Assembly: GCA_000388065.2 (NCBI GenBank)
Contig: KB932205.1
Direction: 5' to 3' (one strand)
DNA: 64,000 nt
Source: Fonticula alba ATCC 38817
Taxonomy: Eukaryota > Protista > Nucleariida
Made by a program: the position numbers and the translations under genes
Notes under the pieces: model-generated
Databases searched by the model: none
What the model was told of the DNA's origin: nothing
Seen by the model: the letters and a program-made list of their open reading frames with translations, nothing else
In this document: positions 26,587-38,767 of the stretch, in pieces
How the letters are laid out: each line of letters opens with the position of its first letter
Position numbering within the stretch: position 1 is the first letter of the stretch

Positions 26587-29141
26587 ATGGCGATGCGTAT
26601 CCCCAAGTCCGGCCTGTCCGAGCTCCTCAAGGATGGCTACAAGGTGCGCGAGCCTGCCGGCTTGCTTCGCCCCTCTTGCCTGTGCTTCTCGCGTGTTGCT
26701 GACCTGCATCTGCCCCGCCCCCTCCTCACAGCACCACCAGGGCCTTGAGGAGGCCGTCCTGCGCAACATCCGCGCTTGCCGTGAGCTTTCTGCCGTTACC
26801 CGCACCTCTCTCGGTCCCAACGGTCCGTGGCCTCTTGCCTGCCCTCTGCTCCCTGCCTCGGCCCTCCGCACGCCTGTCGCCGCAGGAACTGACGCTGTCC
26901 TCCCCCTCTGTCTACATTGCTGGAAATTCCAACCACCCGCACGCACATGCACACACACACAGGCAAGAACAAGCTGATTGTCAACAACCTCGAGAAGCTG
27001 TTCATCACCAACGACGCCGCCACCATCATTCAGGAGATGGACGTCATCCACCCGGCTGCCAAGCTGATCGTCATGGCCACCGAGCAGCAGCGCAAGGAGG
27101 TTGGCGATGGCTCCAACCTGGTGTGCGTCCTGGCCGGCGAGTTCCTCAACCAGGCCGACGAGCTCCTCCGCATGGGCCTCCATGCCACCGACATCACCGA
27201 GGCCTACAGCCGTGCCTCCAAGAAGGCGCTCGAGCTGCTGGAGAGTGCGTGCCCCGCTCCCTCTTTCGCCCCTACCCGCCGTCTCCCCTCGGCCATCGCG
27301 GGGGCCTCCCACGCCTCCATGGTCTGCCCCCTTGCGCGCCTCCCTGGCTGACAATGATCTTCCCCCCTGCGGCGACCGGCCCTGCTCCAAACTCAACGTC
27401 CAGCCCTCGTTGTCAAGAAGGACATCGATGTCACCGATCGCGATGGCCTGATCGCCGCCGTTAAGTCCTCCATCAGCAGCAAGCAGGTATGACAGCCCGG
27501 TCCCCCTCGGCCCTCCCCATCCACACATACGCCCCGGGGGCCTCCCGGTGAGAGAAGCCAGTGGTCCAGCCGCGGCTCCCATATGCTAACCACAAGCACT
27601 CCCCGTCCGTCCGCCCGCCCGCCCGCCCGCCCGATGTGCCTGGTCCTGGCGACGCCGCCCGCGCGCATTCCAGTATGGCAACGAGGACTTCCTCAGCGCC
27701 CTTGTTGTGGACGCCTGCATGGCGGTCCTCCCCAAGGTCCCGGCCAACTTCAACGTGGACAATGTCCGCACCATCAAGATCATGGGCAGCTCGCTGAACA
27801 ACAGCACCTTCGTTCGCGGCATGGTCATCGACCGCCAGCCGGATAGCACCATCAAGAAGGCCACCAATGCCAAGGTTGCCGTGTTCACCTGCCCGCTGGA
27901 CATCTCCCGCACCGAGACCAAGGGCACCGTGCTGATCCACAACTCGGAGGATCTGATGAAGTTCTCCCGCGACGAGGAGGCCCAGCTGGAGGGCGCCATC
28001 AAGGAGATCGCCGACGCCGGCATCAAGGTCCTGGTCACCGGGTCCAGCATCGGCGAGCTCGCCCTGCACTACATCAACCGGTACAACCTGATCGCCGTCA
28101 AGGTTCTGTCCAAGTTCGACCTGCGCCGCCTGTGCCGCTCCGTCGGCGCGGTGGCCCTGTCCCGCCTGGTGCGCGCCCTCTTTTTTCTTTTCTTTTTCTC
28201 CCTCTCCGCGCGGATCAGCGGGGGCCCCCCCGCTTCGCTGTGCCGCCTTCCTGCCTGTCTGCCATCGCGCTGTGTGCTCCGCTCGCGGGAGGGACCCCTT
28301 CGCTGACTCGCCTGGCCTCGCCCTCTCTTTCGTCTGCGCCCCTCCCCCCGCCCCAGGGTGCCCCCACTGTCGATGAGGCTGGCCACTGCGATGTCGTCGA
28401 GACCATCGAGATCGGCTCCGACCGCGTGACTGTCTTCCGCCAGAACGACTCGGGCTCCGCCCTGTCCACCATCGTCATTCGTGGCTCCACCCGCAACTAC
28501 ATGGACGATGTCGAGCGCTCCCTCAACGACGCCATCAACACCTTCCGGACCATCGTTCGCGACCCGCGCCTCCTCCCTGGTGCCGGTGCCACCGAGATGG
28601 AGCTGTCCCGCCTGCTGGGCGAGCTGGGCGACACCATCCCCGGTGTCGAGCAGTACGGTGTCAAGCAGTTCGCCGAGGCCTTCGAGGTCATCCCCCGCAC
28701 CCTGGCCGACAATGCCGGTCTGGATGTGCGTCCTTCCCGGCCAGCACCGCGTGCCGCCCCTCCCGCTCCCCTGCCTTCCTCCGACCCCTTTCATTGACCC
28801 TGCGCCACGCTCTAACTCGCCTGCCCGCCCGCCCGCCCGCCCCTCTTGTGCTGCCTCCCGTCCTGTGCCCGCCGCGCTCCTAGGCCACCGTCATCCTGGC
28901 CAAGCTCGGCGCCGCCCACCGCAAGGGCGAGTCCTCCGCCGGTGTGGACATCGAGACCGAGGATGCCTCCCTCCTGGATGCCACCGCTGCCAACATCTTC
29001 GACACCTTCTCCAGCAAGTACTGGGCCATCAAGTATGCCGCCGATGTGGCCATGACCGTGCTCAAGGTTGACCAGATCATCATGAGCAAGCCGGCCGGCG
29101 GTCCCAAGCCCCGCGAGAACGGCAACTGGGACGAGGACTAA
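26587..29141 (+). CDS. CCT8: T-complex protein 1 subunit theta (CCT8)
   Basis: MAMRIPKSGLSELLKDGYK, EEAVLRNIRACRELS, TRTSLGPNG|KNKLIVNNLEKLFITNDAATI, EVGDGSN, KVLSKFDLRRLC, KVDQIIMSKPAGGPK; multi-exon. Confidence 0.98.
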
Positions 29142-30072
29142 TCCGCATGTGCCTGAGTGCGCATGCGCTCACGTCTCCTCTTCCTCCCCCCCCCCTGCCT
29201 GCAGCGCCTGTCCCCTCGCCCTCCTCCCTGCTCCTCCCCTTCCCCCTTGGGCGCAAGTTCATGCGCGCGCATGCCTCTCTCCGGGGCTTGCGCGCCTGAA
29301 ATGTGCACTCCCTTGTTGGCGTGTGACTCCCCTCCTCCTGGGCCGGAACGCGGGGGGGAATGGGGAGGCAGGCGTCATGGGCAGGGCCCGCAGGCGTGTC
29401 CAGTGTTTCCACCCTGCGTGCCCACGCCTTCCCCCTTTTCCCCTCTCTGTTCCTTGTGCACTATCCCCCTCCCAAATAGACCTGATCTCTTGTCTTTCCT
29501 CACCTCTCTCCCTGGGGCTTGGGGCCCCTCCCCCAAAATGCGCGCGCACACATGCACGGGGATCCCCCGACTGGTGGGAGGACAGAAGAGGACTGAAGTG
29601 AGGAGAGGAGGGACATGGCGTGTCCCGTGCTGCGCGCACACTGCGGCCTCTAGATGTATATTCGCGGGGGGGGGGGGGGAGGGGGAGGGAGGGGGGCCGG
29701 GCAAAACCCCACCCGCGCCCGGCGCGCGGCACGCGATGTACCGCCATGGCGCGCACAGACACGCACTCAAAGGAGGAGGAGGAGGATGGTCGCACAAGGT
29801 CGGCCCTCGCAGCCACCCTCTTTGCTTGCTTGCCGCCCCCGACTCCGGCCACCGGCGCTGAGCAGACTTTGCCAGCGCGTTCACGCAGTACAGGCGGGAG
29901 AGGGCGGCCGGGGTCGGGGCCGGGGCCGGGGCAAGAGGAGAAAAGACAAGCCTCATATGCACATATGCAGGCCAGCTGCATGAGAGACGCATACGGAAAT
30001 AGGGAGAGGGAGAGGGAGAGGGAGAGAGAAACAAGGGAGCCGGAGCTTGGCAGAGAAGGAGGGCGGGGGCCA

Positions 30073-31238
30073 CTAGTTGAGGTCGTAATACTCGCAAGTG
30101 ACCGGGTTGTACATCTGCTCGCGCGTCGGGTCGTAGTAGTGCTGCAGGGCCGACACGTAGTATGTCCCGGAGTCGGTGTCGTAATCGTCGCCGGTGACTT
30201 CGTAGTCGCGACCGCGGATGGTGATGGTGTACACCTCGCCGGCGATGGACACCACGCGGGGGGCAATCCTGGCCGTGCGCGCGCGATACTCCACCCCGGT
30301 GGGCTCCTTGTCCAACGGGCTCAGGGCCACGGATGGCAGATCCGGCGACATGCCGGCCGCCGAGGACTGCGGAGTGGCGGCGGCCGTGCTCGGCGCGGAG
30401 GTCTGGCTCCGGCGGCTGCTGCTGCCGGCGGCCGACTCCCGGTCAGCAGTGGCCTTGGCGGCGCCGCTACGCAGGGCCGGCCGGCCGCCTGGAGGGGTCC
30501 ACGCCTCGCCACGGAAGGCCGAATAGAAGTAGATTACCGAAGCCGAGAGCATGAAGAGGGCCCCGGCAAAGGTGGGGGCCAGGGCAAAGCCAGGGGCGGC
30601 GAACCTGTGGCCGAGGCACACACCCCGGGAGCGAGGCATGTGAGTGGCGGCCTGCGAGGCGGAGGGCGGAACACCCCCGGGGGAATGGGCACAGGAGGAA
30701 ACAGGCCAGAGTGGAGGAGGAGGAGGAGGAACGCACAGGAAGTAGATGGCTGCCCGGACGAAGAGGTTGTGCGAGAAGAAGCCGAGGTGTTGCACTCCAG
30801 GGAAGGGGTACTCCAGAAGGGCGGTGAAGACACCGGCCGCGCTGATGAACACAAGGAAGAGGTCAGTGGGGGGATGAACAAAAAAAAGGGGAGACCGCAG
30901 ACCGGTGCCACGCCATCAGGTCCGCACATGCAGAATGCGGCGATCTGCCAGAGAGGATAGAACATGCCGAAGATGCCATTGGCCATGTAGACTGCGGCCG
31001 GAGCATCCAAAGCCACCGGTACACATGCATGGCGCTCGGGGGGGGGGGGGGGGTTGAGGCAGTCCGAGAGCAAGGGGGAGGGCGAGCATTGTCAGCCTCT
31101 GGCACGGAGGATGGCGAGATCTGGCGCTTGGGCGGGGAAACTCCCCCCGGCAAGGGGGAGGTGGGTCGTACAGCCAGCAGCGCCGAGGCCGGCATAGCGG
31201 CCCCAGACGTGAAAGAAGATCCGCCGCACCTGGGACAT
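30073..31238 (-). CDS. CYBA: p22phox (cytochrome b558 alpha, CYBA)-like membrane protein with an aromatic-repeat (OCRE-like) C-terminal extension
   Basis: Four exons splice to MSQVRRIFFHVWGRYAGLGAAGFYMANGIFG...AFCIAAGVFTALLEYP...GFFSHNLFVRAAIYFLFAAPGFALAPTFAGALFMLSASVIYFYSAFRGEAWTP. This parallels human p22phox GVFVCLLEYP, FTRNYYVRAVL and GIYLLAAVRGEQWTP (recalled). Confidence 0.75.
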
Positions 31239-33497
31239 GGTGGAGTGTGGCAGCAACAGGGGTGGAGGCAGGGGAGGCGAGGGGGGCGGGCGAGGGGGAG
31301 AAGGAGAGAATGTGTCACACGCAGCGGCGGGGAGGGCGAGGACTGTGGAGGCGCTTCCCTGCGCGGGCCAAGCGGAAGCGCGCCCGAGATCGACCCCTGA
31401 AATGTGCCCAGCACGAAGGCAGCACAGGACCAGGGACCCCCCCGCGAAGGAGTCGCTCGCCCGGCAGAGGGGGCGAGCAGGCAGGCCCTGCAAGGGAGAC
31501 CCCAACCGCCGACCGGCCCCTGCGGAGCCGGGGGACATATGAGAGACCCCCGCGCGTCCATCCCGGCTCGGTACCCCTCCCTCCCGCACCTCGCCGGGGC
31601 GGCCGGCCGGCCGGCCGGCCAGGACGGGGAAACATTGATCAGGGGAAGCTCCTTCAGTCGGGGGGGGGGCGGGGGAGGAGGGCGGGGGGCCGGACATGGG
31701 GCCCGCGGTGGGGTCCATGGGTAGCTGCCCGGCGCCGGTGCCCTCGTTCCCTGCTCCAGCCGCAGGGGGAGGACGGCCGGCTGGGGCGCCAGGTGCGACG
31801 TACGCACGCCGAGCGGCCGGCGGGGGGAGGGACGCATTGGGACAACGAACAGCCCCCCCCCCCCCGGCCGGACCCACGGACAAGGCATGGGGGCGCCGAG
31901 ACACCGGAGCCGGAGGTGGTCCGATTTTTGGGTGATGGGGGCCGCAGGCACCGCCCAGACGCCCCAGCATGCCGGGGCCGGGGGATGGAGCCCGGCACTA
32001 TTGGGCCGCGGACTTGCCGGCCGGAGGGGCGCCGTGCGGGCAGGAGTGCGCGGCCGCCAAGGATGCCGCCCCCGCGGCTGCTGCCCGGGGGGGGGGGGGG
32101 GGCGGCCAGACGCACAGGAAGCGCCCCGCAGGCGAGGACAGCGCCGCCGACCGAGCCATCAGCCGATTAATAGGATGGCAGCACGGCTGGCCGGGAGAGG
32201 CGAGGTCCGCTGTTGGGGTTGGCCACTCTCGGCGGCTTCTCTCGGCGTAGGCCCTCGCCACCCGGATGGGGACCGAAGGCAAGAGCGGCCCAATGCGCGC
32301 CAGCGTGGACGATCCCCGGAAAGACCCCGCGCAAAGGGCAGGCAGCCCCCCGGCCCGGCGAAACAGCTGGGCCCTTCGTGGAAAGTACTTTGAACCGAAT
32401 TAATATACCCCCCACTCGCCCGCCCTCAGTCCGCGCCGCCCGAGGCGGCGTGCTCCCAGGCGTCGGGCCGGCGCATTTCGGCTGCTTCCAAAAGGCACGA
32501 AAACGGGGGGGGGGGGGGGACATCGGGGGAGACACAAGCTGGCGGGCAGCCCTGCGGGAGCCTGGTTTTGTTGCGGATACGCCCCCCGCGGAAAGCGCGC
32601 TCTCTCGGCCAGGGCCATAAACAAAGGGGCCCCGGGCGCACGCGCCCTCCCGGGAGGCGGATATGAAGTTCTCTATTTTTGCCACCCACGACACAATGTA
32701 AATGATACAGGCTGGCCTCACAGCGGACCGTCGGCGGGGGGGTGGTGTCCATGCCCGAGTCCTGAAATATTGTGGCAATAATAAATGGGCAGTTTCCGCG
32801 GCCACTGGGCCGGCCTCTCGCCCAAGGAGAAAGCACCCGGCCGCCCCGCCCATATCCCCTGGCGGCCAAGCCCATGTTGGGACCCGGGAGGGGGAGCCCG
32901 AGGGCCGGTAGCACACGGGGTGCCCGCCGCCGCGGCGCTTCGCCGCCCCGCACCGTCCGTCCAGCTTGTTGCACCGGGGCCAGGCCAGCCCTCCTCTCCG
33001 GGGCCGGCGCCGGGGGGGGGGGGGGGGGGAAGGAGAAAAATGGACCCCGGGCACGGGGCATCCCCGGAGGCTGGGCAGGGGGAGAAGGATGAGGGAATGC
33101 CCACTAAAACGGCCGGAGAGTAAGAGGACCGCGCCTCATGCGCGAATACCGAACGCCGTCACGGGAAGGGGCAATGTAAACCAGCCCCACGCCCGGCCCC
33201 AACTGTCCGGCCCCCCCCCCCTCCTTCGAGGGGGCGACCCGCGGCGCAGGAATGCCACCCATGCCCGTGATATCTCGCATGCACACCCTGATCCAAATAT
33301 CCCATATCCAGGTGCTCAGTTAACAGCATTGCCATCTAGGGCCACATCCGGCCGGCAACCCTCCGAAGCAGGGCTCCAGACATGCATGCCCTGCCGGGAA
33401 GAATGAGCGCGCCAATGGCCGGGCATCCAAGGGGAGGGTGTGAATTTTTGGAGTGGGGAACGAAGATAAATGGCTTTCTCCGGGTTGAGTTGTCACA

Positions 33498-33570
33498 GGG
33501 GGCGTAGCTCAAATGGTAGAGCGGCCGCTTAGCATGCGGCAGGCAGGGGGATCGATACCCTCCGCCTCCA
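33498..33570 (+). tRNA. tRNA-Ala (anticodon AGC)
   Basis: 73-nt cloverleaf. Acceptor stem GGGGGCG/CGCCTCC with the G3:U70 AlaRS determinant, anticodon arm GCCGC-TTAGCAT-GCGGC, ATCGATA T-loop typical of eukaryotic tRNA-Ala, TTTTT terminator immediately after. Confidence 0.97.
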
Positions 33571-33804
33571 TGTTTTTGCCCTTCTCGCGGCCACACTGAC
33601 CCCCCATGCATGCATCCTCGGTGACGGCCCGCCCCCCCTCTCTCGAGGCCCGGTCTCACACCGAGCTACGGGTGCGGGGGGGGACGGGACCAGGCCAATG
33701 GGGGGCGGCATACATCCATGGCATTTGTTTGGTGTCGTGTGGCAGTACAGGGGACGGGAAGTCGCTTGCGGGCTTTTGCAGGCCCGGCAGCCGGGGGTCT
33801 CCCC

Positions 33805-34479
33805 TCAGCCCAAGGCGATGAGCGCCAGCAACACGGCCAGCAGCGATGCGTAGACGGCCCCCGCCGGGGGGCTGGCCCGGGGGAGGTGGCTGGCGGCATT
33901 TGGCCGAGAAGGCCCCCGGTGCATGGCATCGCTCCGGCGTCCGCGCCAGTCCCCTCCGCCCCGCATGTACGACCCGCCGATGCGGTCGCATTTGAGCTCG
34001 GCATCGTCCGACGGCAGGAGGGCCGCGTAGGAGGCTGGCGCCGTGCGAATGCAGTGTCGAACATATCCGGCCAGCGCCTCGCCACACAGGCGCGGGTACT
34101 TGGAGGGGACAATGCACCGGGTCTCATCGCGGAAGGCCTCGAAGCAGGGCCGCGAGCATTGGAGCGCCGCCCGGCGGAGGGCCTGCTGGGCTGCGGTGCG
34201 GAGGAGCTCATCGGCCGAGGGGCCCACCCCGCCGCCGCCGGCGACCGATCTCGGCGGGATAACCGGGGCCTGGGCACGGGCGCCGCAATCCTGGTCCAGC
34301 GTGCGCCGCCGGGCAAGGGTGGCCGTGTGACTGCAGTCGAGACCGGAGCCGCCAAAGTCCGCGGGGTCCTGCCAGGTTGCCTCGCCGTTGCCGGCCCGGG
34401 GGCCATGTGCCGGGGGATCGGCCGGGGCAAACTGCCGGCCGGGGGGACTCCCACTGGTGGGGTCGAGTGGCGGCGACGA

Positions 34480-34510
<31 letters not shown>

Positions 34511-36081
34511 TGCTGCTGTTGCTGCTGCTGCTGTCCAGAGGGGCGAATGGGCTTGCTTGGCGATTCAAGTTGGTTGATCTGCTTGCTCGGCTGGCCTGGC
34601 TGCCTGTTTGGCTGGCCAGACTGCTTGCTCGGCTGGCCGGTTTGCTTGCTCGGCTGGCCGGTGGGCTTGACCGGCTGCCCGGCCTGGCTGCCCTGCTTGG
34701 CAGGCTGAGCAGGCTGGCTGGTGGGCTTGCTCGGAGATCGAGTGGCGGAGCCCGGCGGCAGGACGCTGGGAGGGGCACTGGGCTTGGCCGGCACCAGCAC
34801 CTTGACCAGCTTCCCCGGGCCCGGCCGATCGGCAGGCGGCGAGGGACTGGCCATCAGCTTCGGCTGCAGGGACCCGGGGGGCAAGGCCCCGGGTGGCAGG
34901 GACGGGGGCGGCTCGGCCGGCACACCGACAAAGCGAGCTGCCCGGGGCACGGCGCCCGGAACCATGGGTTGCGGCATCGGCGGGACCAGCGGCGGCCCGA
35001 GAAGGGTGTTCGGCGGGGCGGAGCCCGATCCCGGATACCCCGGCACGGTGGGCGGCATTGGCGGGGGCTGGTAGTGCTGCTGGGGCTGCTGCCCGTAGGT
35101 CGCCCCATGGTCGGCGATGGTGTCCTTGACTTGCTGAACCGGGGCCACGCTGGCCGGCTGTTGCGCTTCCGCGCCCTCGCCGGGGGTCAGCTCCTTACCC
35201 CGGCGACCGGCGTTCGGGAAGATCCCTGCATCGGGGAGGGCGGGTCGAGGATGAGCCGAGTCAGCGTCGACGAGAGGGGGGGCGGGGGGGGTGTGGCAAG
35301 AAGAGCGGCCGGAGGCATTCGAGAGTGGGGGGAGGCGGGTCGTACGGCGAATCAAGCCATCGGGGCCGAGCAGGAAGAAATCATGCGTGCGCATGGTTTC
35401 CTCGCCACGAGGAAGCGAGCGCCGTGTTCGATGGCCCTCAGGGGAACTCGCCCTGGCGGGGGGCGTGGCCCGTGGACCATATGCCTGCACGGGCTCGAAG
35501 GGCTGCGCGGCGACCGGGTCACTGCTGACGATCGGGCCGCGCGCACCCTTCGGCCAAATGAGAATGGACTTACTGCCGGGTGGGGGGTGGCCGTGGCTCG
35601 GGGCATGGGAGCCGCGCGTGCCCGGCTCGCGGTCGCGCCGGGTGTGCGGGCGGGCGCGGGCCGCCCCGGCCGCCCCCAGTCCCGCTCGGCGCAGCACGCG
35701 CCCGGAGTCGTACGGCACCACTGACGGGGAGCTGGCCGAGAATTGGGCCCGGTGGTGCGGCAGGAAGGGCGAGTGCAGGGAGCCCACCGCGGGCTGGGGC
35801 CAGTCGCCATCGGGCACATCGGGGCGGGCGGCCCGGCCTAAAGGAGGGCGGCTCGACTGGATGGCAAAGCTGGGCAGGGTCCCGGGCCGCGCGAAGGCAT
35901 CCATCTCGGCATCCGATGCTGGCGAGGGGGCCCCGGCGCCAGATGCTCCGGCAAGCTGGTCGCAGAAGCCGGCGCCGCAGATAACCGGCGCCGCGGCTGC
36001 CGAGGCCAGCTGGAACAGCGACAGGAGCAGGAGGGAGATGCGCATCAGGGCGAGCCCGGCTGACTTGCCTTGAAGAGGCAT
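33805..36081 (-). CDS. Secreted, probably GPI-anchored Pro/Gln-rich surface protein with 7-aa repeats and a C-terminal 6-Cys domain
   Basis: Single long ORF. Signal-like MRISLLLLSLFQLASAAA, GQPSKQ(T/S) repeats, Cys domain CSRPC..C..C..C..C, terminal hydrophobic AVYASLLAVLLALIALG-stop. Confidence 0.7.
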
Positions 36082-36556
36082 GACAGGCAACGGGGCCAGG
36101 CGCGGCCGGGACCAGGCCCAGAGGAGGGGCCAAAGTGAGCAGGTGCGAAAGAACACGAGGGGCGGATGCGGGGGGGGGGGGGGGGGGNNNNNNNNNNGGG
36201 GGGGGGGAGAAAGGAGGAGCGAGGGACACGGGCGACGAAGCGACGGAAAGCGAGAGGTTGCTGCTGCCAGGCCCAGCCTGTCTGGAGGGAGATCCCAAAA
36301 AAAAGTCGCCCACACCCCCTCCCCGCCTCACCGGCCCCGATCCGGCCGCAGGTCGCAAATGGCCGAGCCCAGGAAAGGGACGACAACCACGGCGGATCTG
36401 GAACTGACATGCCGCCCGTGGGCTTGGCCGCTGCGGTATGCCCCCCCCCTCCCCATGGAAGAGCTTCCCCAGATGGCGTGGACAGCCTCCATGAGTGGGG
36501 GTGATGGGGAAAATGCGGCCAGATGTCCTCCAGTGCGTGTGAGGGGTGTGCGTGCA

Positions 36557-36587
<31 letters not shown>

Positions 36588-37212
36588 GAGGAAGCGAAAA
36601 AGGGGCACCCCCAAGCGGCGATCGCACTTGGTTGAGGGGTAGATGCAAGATGACGTGATCATGTGACGCCGGCGCACCCGCGCCAGAAGGCGGCCAAACA
36701 CACCGGCCCCGGTGTTGTGCGCACGAACGCGCGCGCGCGCGCGTGAGAACGTGCGTAACCACGACGCCCTGGGCGCTTGCGGTCAAAGGCCTGTGTGGCC
36801 CTCTCTCTCTGGGGCCGCCCCGCCCCGTGCGCCAGGCCCCCCCTCCTCCCCCTCTTCCGGCAACGCGCGCTGTGCGCCGCCCCCGCGCGCCCCCACCAGC
36901 CGAGACAATTCCCCCCTGGCCCCTTCCGCACGCTACCAGAGAGAATATGAGAGAGAGAGAGTGCTGTATGACAAGAGGAGGGAGAGGGAAGTTTGAAACT
37001 TTATTGTTTGATTTGCTCGCCGCCCGGCCGGCCCCCACAGCAGGCACCGACGACGCAGCAGTGTGCGCACACACGCCGTCGATATGTCGCGACAAGGCCA
37101 CCATGCTCCGCTCTACAAGGAGGAGGGGGGTGAGAGAAGAAGGCGATGAGTGCGTGTGTTAGAGAGCAATGGGAGGGGGTGTGTGTGCAGGAGAGAGAGA
37201 GAGGGGGGGTGT

Positions 37213-37301
37213 TTTACTCAACAAGAAAAGTGATCATCAGGCGGCCCTTTTGGGGACGGCTGTAGGTATTAGCATGAAAATTTTTGGCAATCATCGTAAT
37301 C
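37213..37301 (-). ncRNA. snR53: Box C/D snoRNA, snR53-like (predicted 18S Am796 equivalent)
   Basis: C ACGATGA (37297-37291); guide TTTCATGCTAATA antisense to 18S UAUUAGCAUGGAA; D' CCTA; C' TGATGA (37239-37234); degenerate D TTGA (37221-37218). Confidence 0.7.
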
Positions 37302-37916
37302 GACACGCGTATTGCGCGCGCGCGCGCCGGGGAGAGGAGGGGGAAGCGGTGTGACCGCAGGGAGGGGGATATACGTACGTATTTGGTGGGAAGGGGGACA
37401 TGCCCGAGAGATGTGGAGAACACACACGGGCTGCCGAGTGCACGGGATGCGCGCGATGTGTACCACCGCAGACACAGCGCGAGAAGTGCGCGGCCAGGAG
37501 TGGGGGGCTGTGTGTGGGGGGGAGATAGGAAGAGAGAAGGAAACACGGATGTAAGAATGTGTATGGAAAGAGGATGGTTTCTATTTGGGGGATATATATG
37601 TGGGAGAAGCGCCAAAGACACACACACGCAGGAAGGTCCGGGAGGGAGCAGGCAGAAGTGCCCCCTCTCTCAGATGCCTCCCCACAGGGAAAGTGTGTGC
37701 AAAGGTGCAACAGAGGAAGAGAGAGAGAGGCTTGGGCGCACATGAACCATGCACAGACACCGCGCTCCCCCGTGAGAGGGTGGGGAAGGGGGCCGAGCGA
37801 CCCGGCGCATTCTCAACAAGGAGGGATGTTTGGCTAAGAGGGGGAGAGAGAAAGAGGGTGTCAGAGGAAGGATGTGGCGCGGGGTGGAGGGCGGGCGTGG
37901 AATAAAAAGGAAGAGA

Positions 37917-37980
37917 ACTCAGGCATCAGAATGTGGACATCATGCTTCAGACGAAAGATGGTTTTGATGAACATCAGAGT
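37917..37980 (-). ncRNA. snR39: Box C/D snoRNA, snR39/snR59-U32/U51-like (predicted LSU Am807 equivalent)
   Basis: C CTGATGT; guide ACCATCTTTCG-T-CTGA antisense to LSU CGAAAGAUGGU, with the fifth nt upstream of D' pairing the A in CGAAmAG; C' ATGATG; D CTGA. Confidence 0.85.
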
Positions 37981-38192
37981 GGATGTGGGGAGGAGAGAGG
38001 ATAGAGGGAGAGACGGGCATGGACCCAGGGGGGTTGTGTATGTACCTTGTCGTGCGTGTGACCGACACATGGGGAGGGTCGGAACACGGAGAAAGGGAGG
38101 GCGCACACATCCACAGGAGGTGTGTCTACAGAGGAGGGAGGAGAGTGTGAGAAGAGAGTGGCGGAGGAGGAGGGAAGATGCGCAGAGGGCAA

Positions 38193-38272
38193 TCTAACTC
38201 TGAATTGAACAGTCGTCACTGAACATCTGACGGCCTTTCCTATCATTATTTGTTGCGGTTCTCATCATAGCA
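38193..38272 (-). ncRNA. Box C/D snoRNA candidate with two 18S-antisense elements; family unassigned
   Basis: C ATGATGA (38268-38262); AACCGCAACAA antisense to 18S UUGUUGC(A/G)GUU; AGGAAAGGCC-GT-CAGA (D'); C' TGACGA; only a degenerate D (CAGA or TAGA). Same intronic position as its neighbours. Confidence 0.6.
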
Positions 38273-38390
38273 CTATAGGGGGGAGGAGAGGGGAAGGAGG
38301 AGAGGGGAGACGTCTGTGGGAGGGGGGAGAGAGGGAGGAGTTAGGAATGGGGAGGGAGGAGGGGGATGAGGCGGGAGAGAAAACGCGTGT

Positions 38391-38469
38391 TTTCTCAGTG
38401 CGTATCGCGAAATACAAAACCGTTCGAATCATCAGATTCATACAGCCAAGGGTGAATTTCATCAAGGAA
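38391..38469 (-). ncRNA. snR64: Box C/D snoRNA, snR64/SNORD53-like (predicted LSU Cm2337 equivalent)
   Basis: C TTGATGA (38465-38459); guide CCCTTGGCTGT-ATGA antisense to LSU ACAGCCAAGGG with the +5 rule on the C; C' TGATGA; D CTGA (38398-38395). Confidence 0.85.
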
Positions 38470-38674
38470 GGACACGGGAGGCGGAGAGAGGGCGGGCAGC
38501 CGCGGACGTACACTGTGTGTGTGGGGAGGGACACCACAGAACAAGGGCCATGGAGGAGAGAGGCACATGCATCTCCACCCCTCGGGTGGATGAGCGACAG
38601 GGCCACTGAGAAGAGGAAGAGAATGTTAGAAGAGAGGCGGAAGGGAGGAGAGGGAGGAAGATGGGCTGATGGAG

Positions 38675-38767
38675 GGGATCAGACATCTAAGGAAGGTCCA
38701 TATATTCCGTCATCTACCTAAGGTATAAGGTGGAAACTGCGAACATGGCTGGTTTTTCATCACGAAT
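38675..38767 (-). ncRNA. U14: U14 snoRNA (snR128/SNORD14)
   Basis: C GTGATGA (38763-38757); domain A TTCGCAGTTTCCAC (38743-38730); domain B ACCTTCCTTAGATGT-CTGA (38697-38679), antisense to 18S CAUC(C/U)AAGGAAGG. Both hallmark U14 elements are present in the right order. Confidence 0.95.

Noticed and set aside
32679-32778. AT-rich island with TTGCCAC/GTGGCAA inverted repeat, ATGATA and CTGA
   Set aside because: Poor C box, G-run interior and no rRNA-complementary guide of 10 nt or more; not supportable as a snoRNA.
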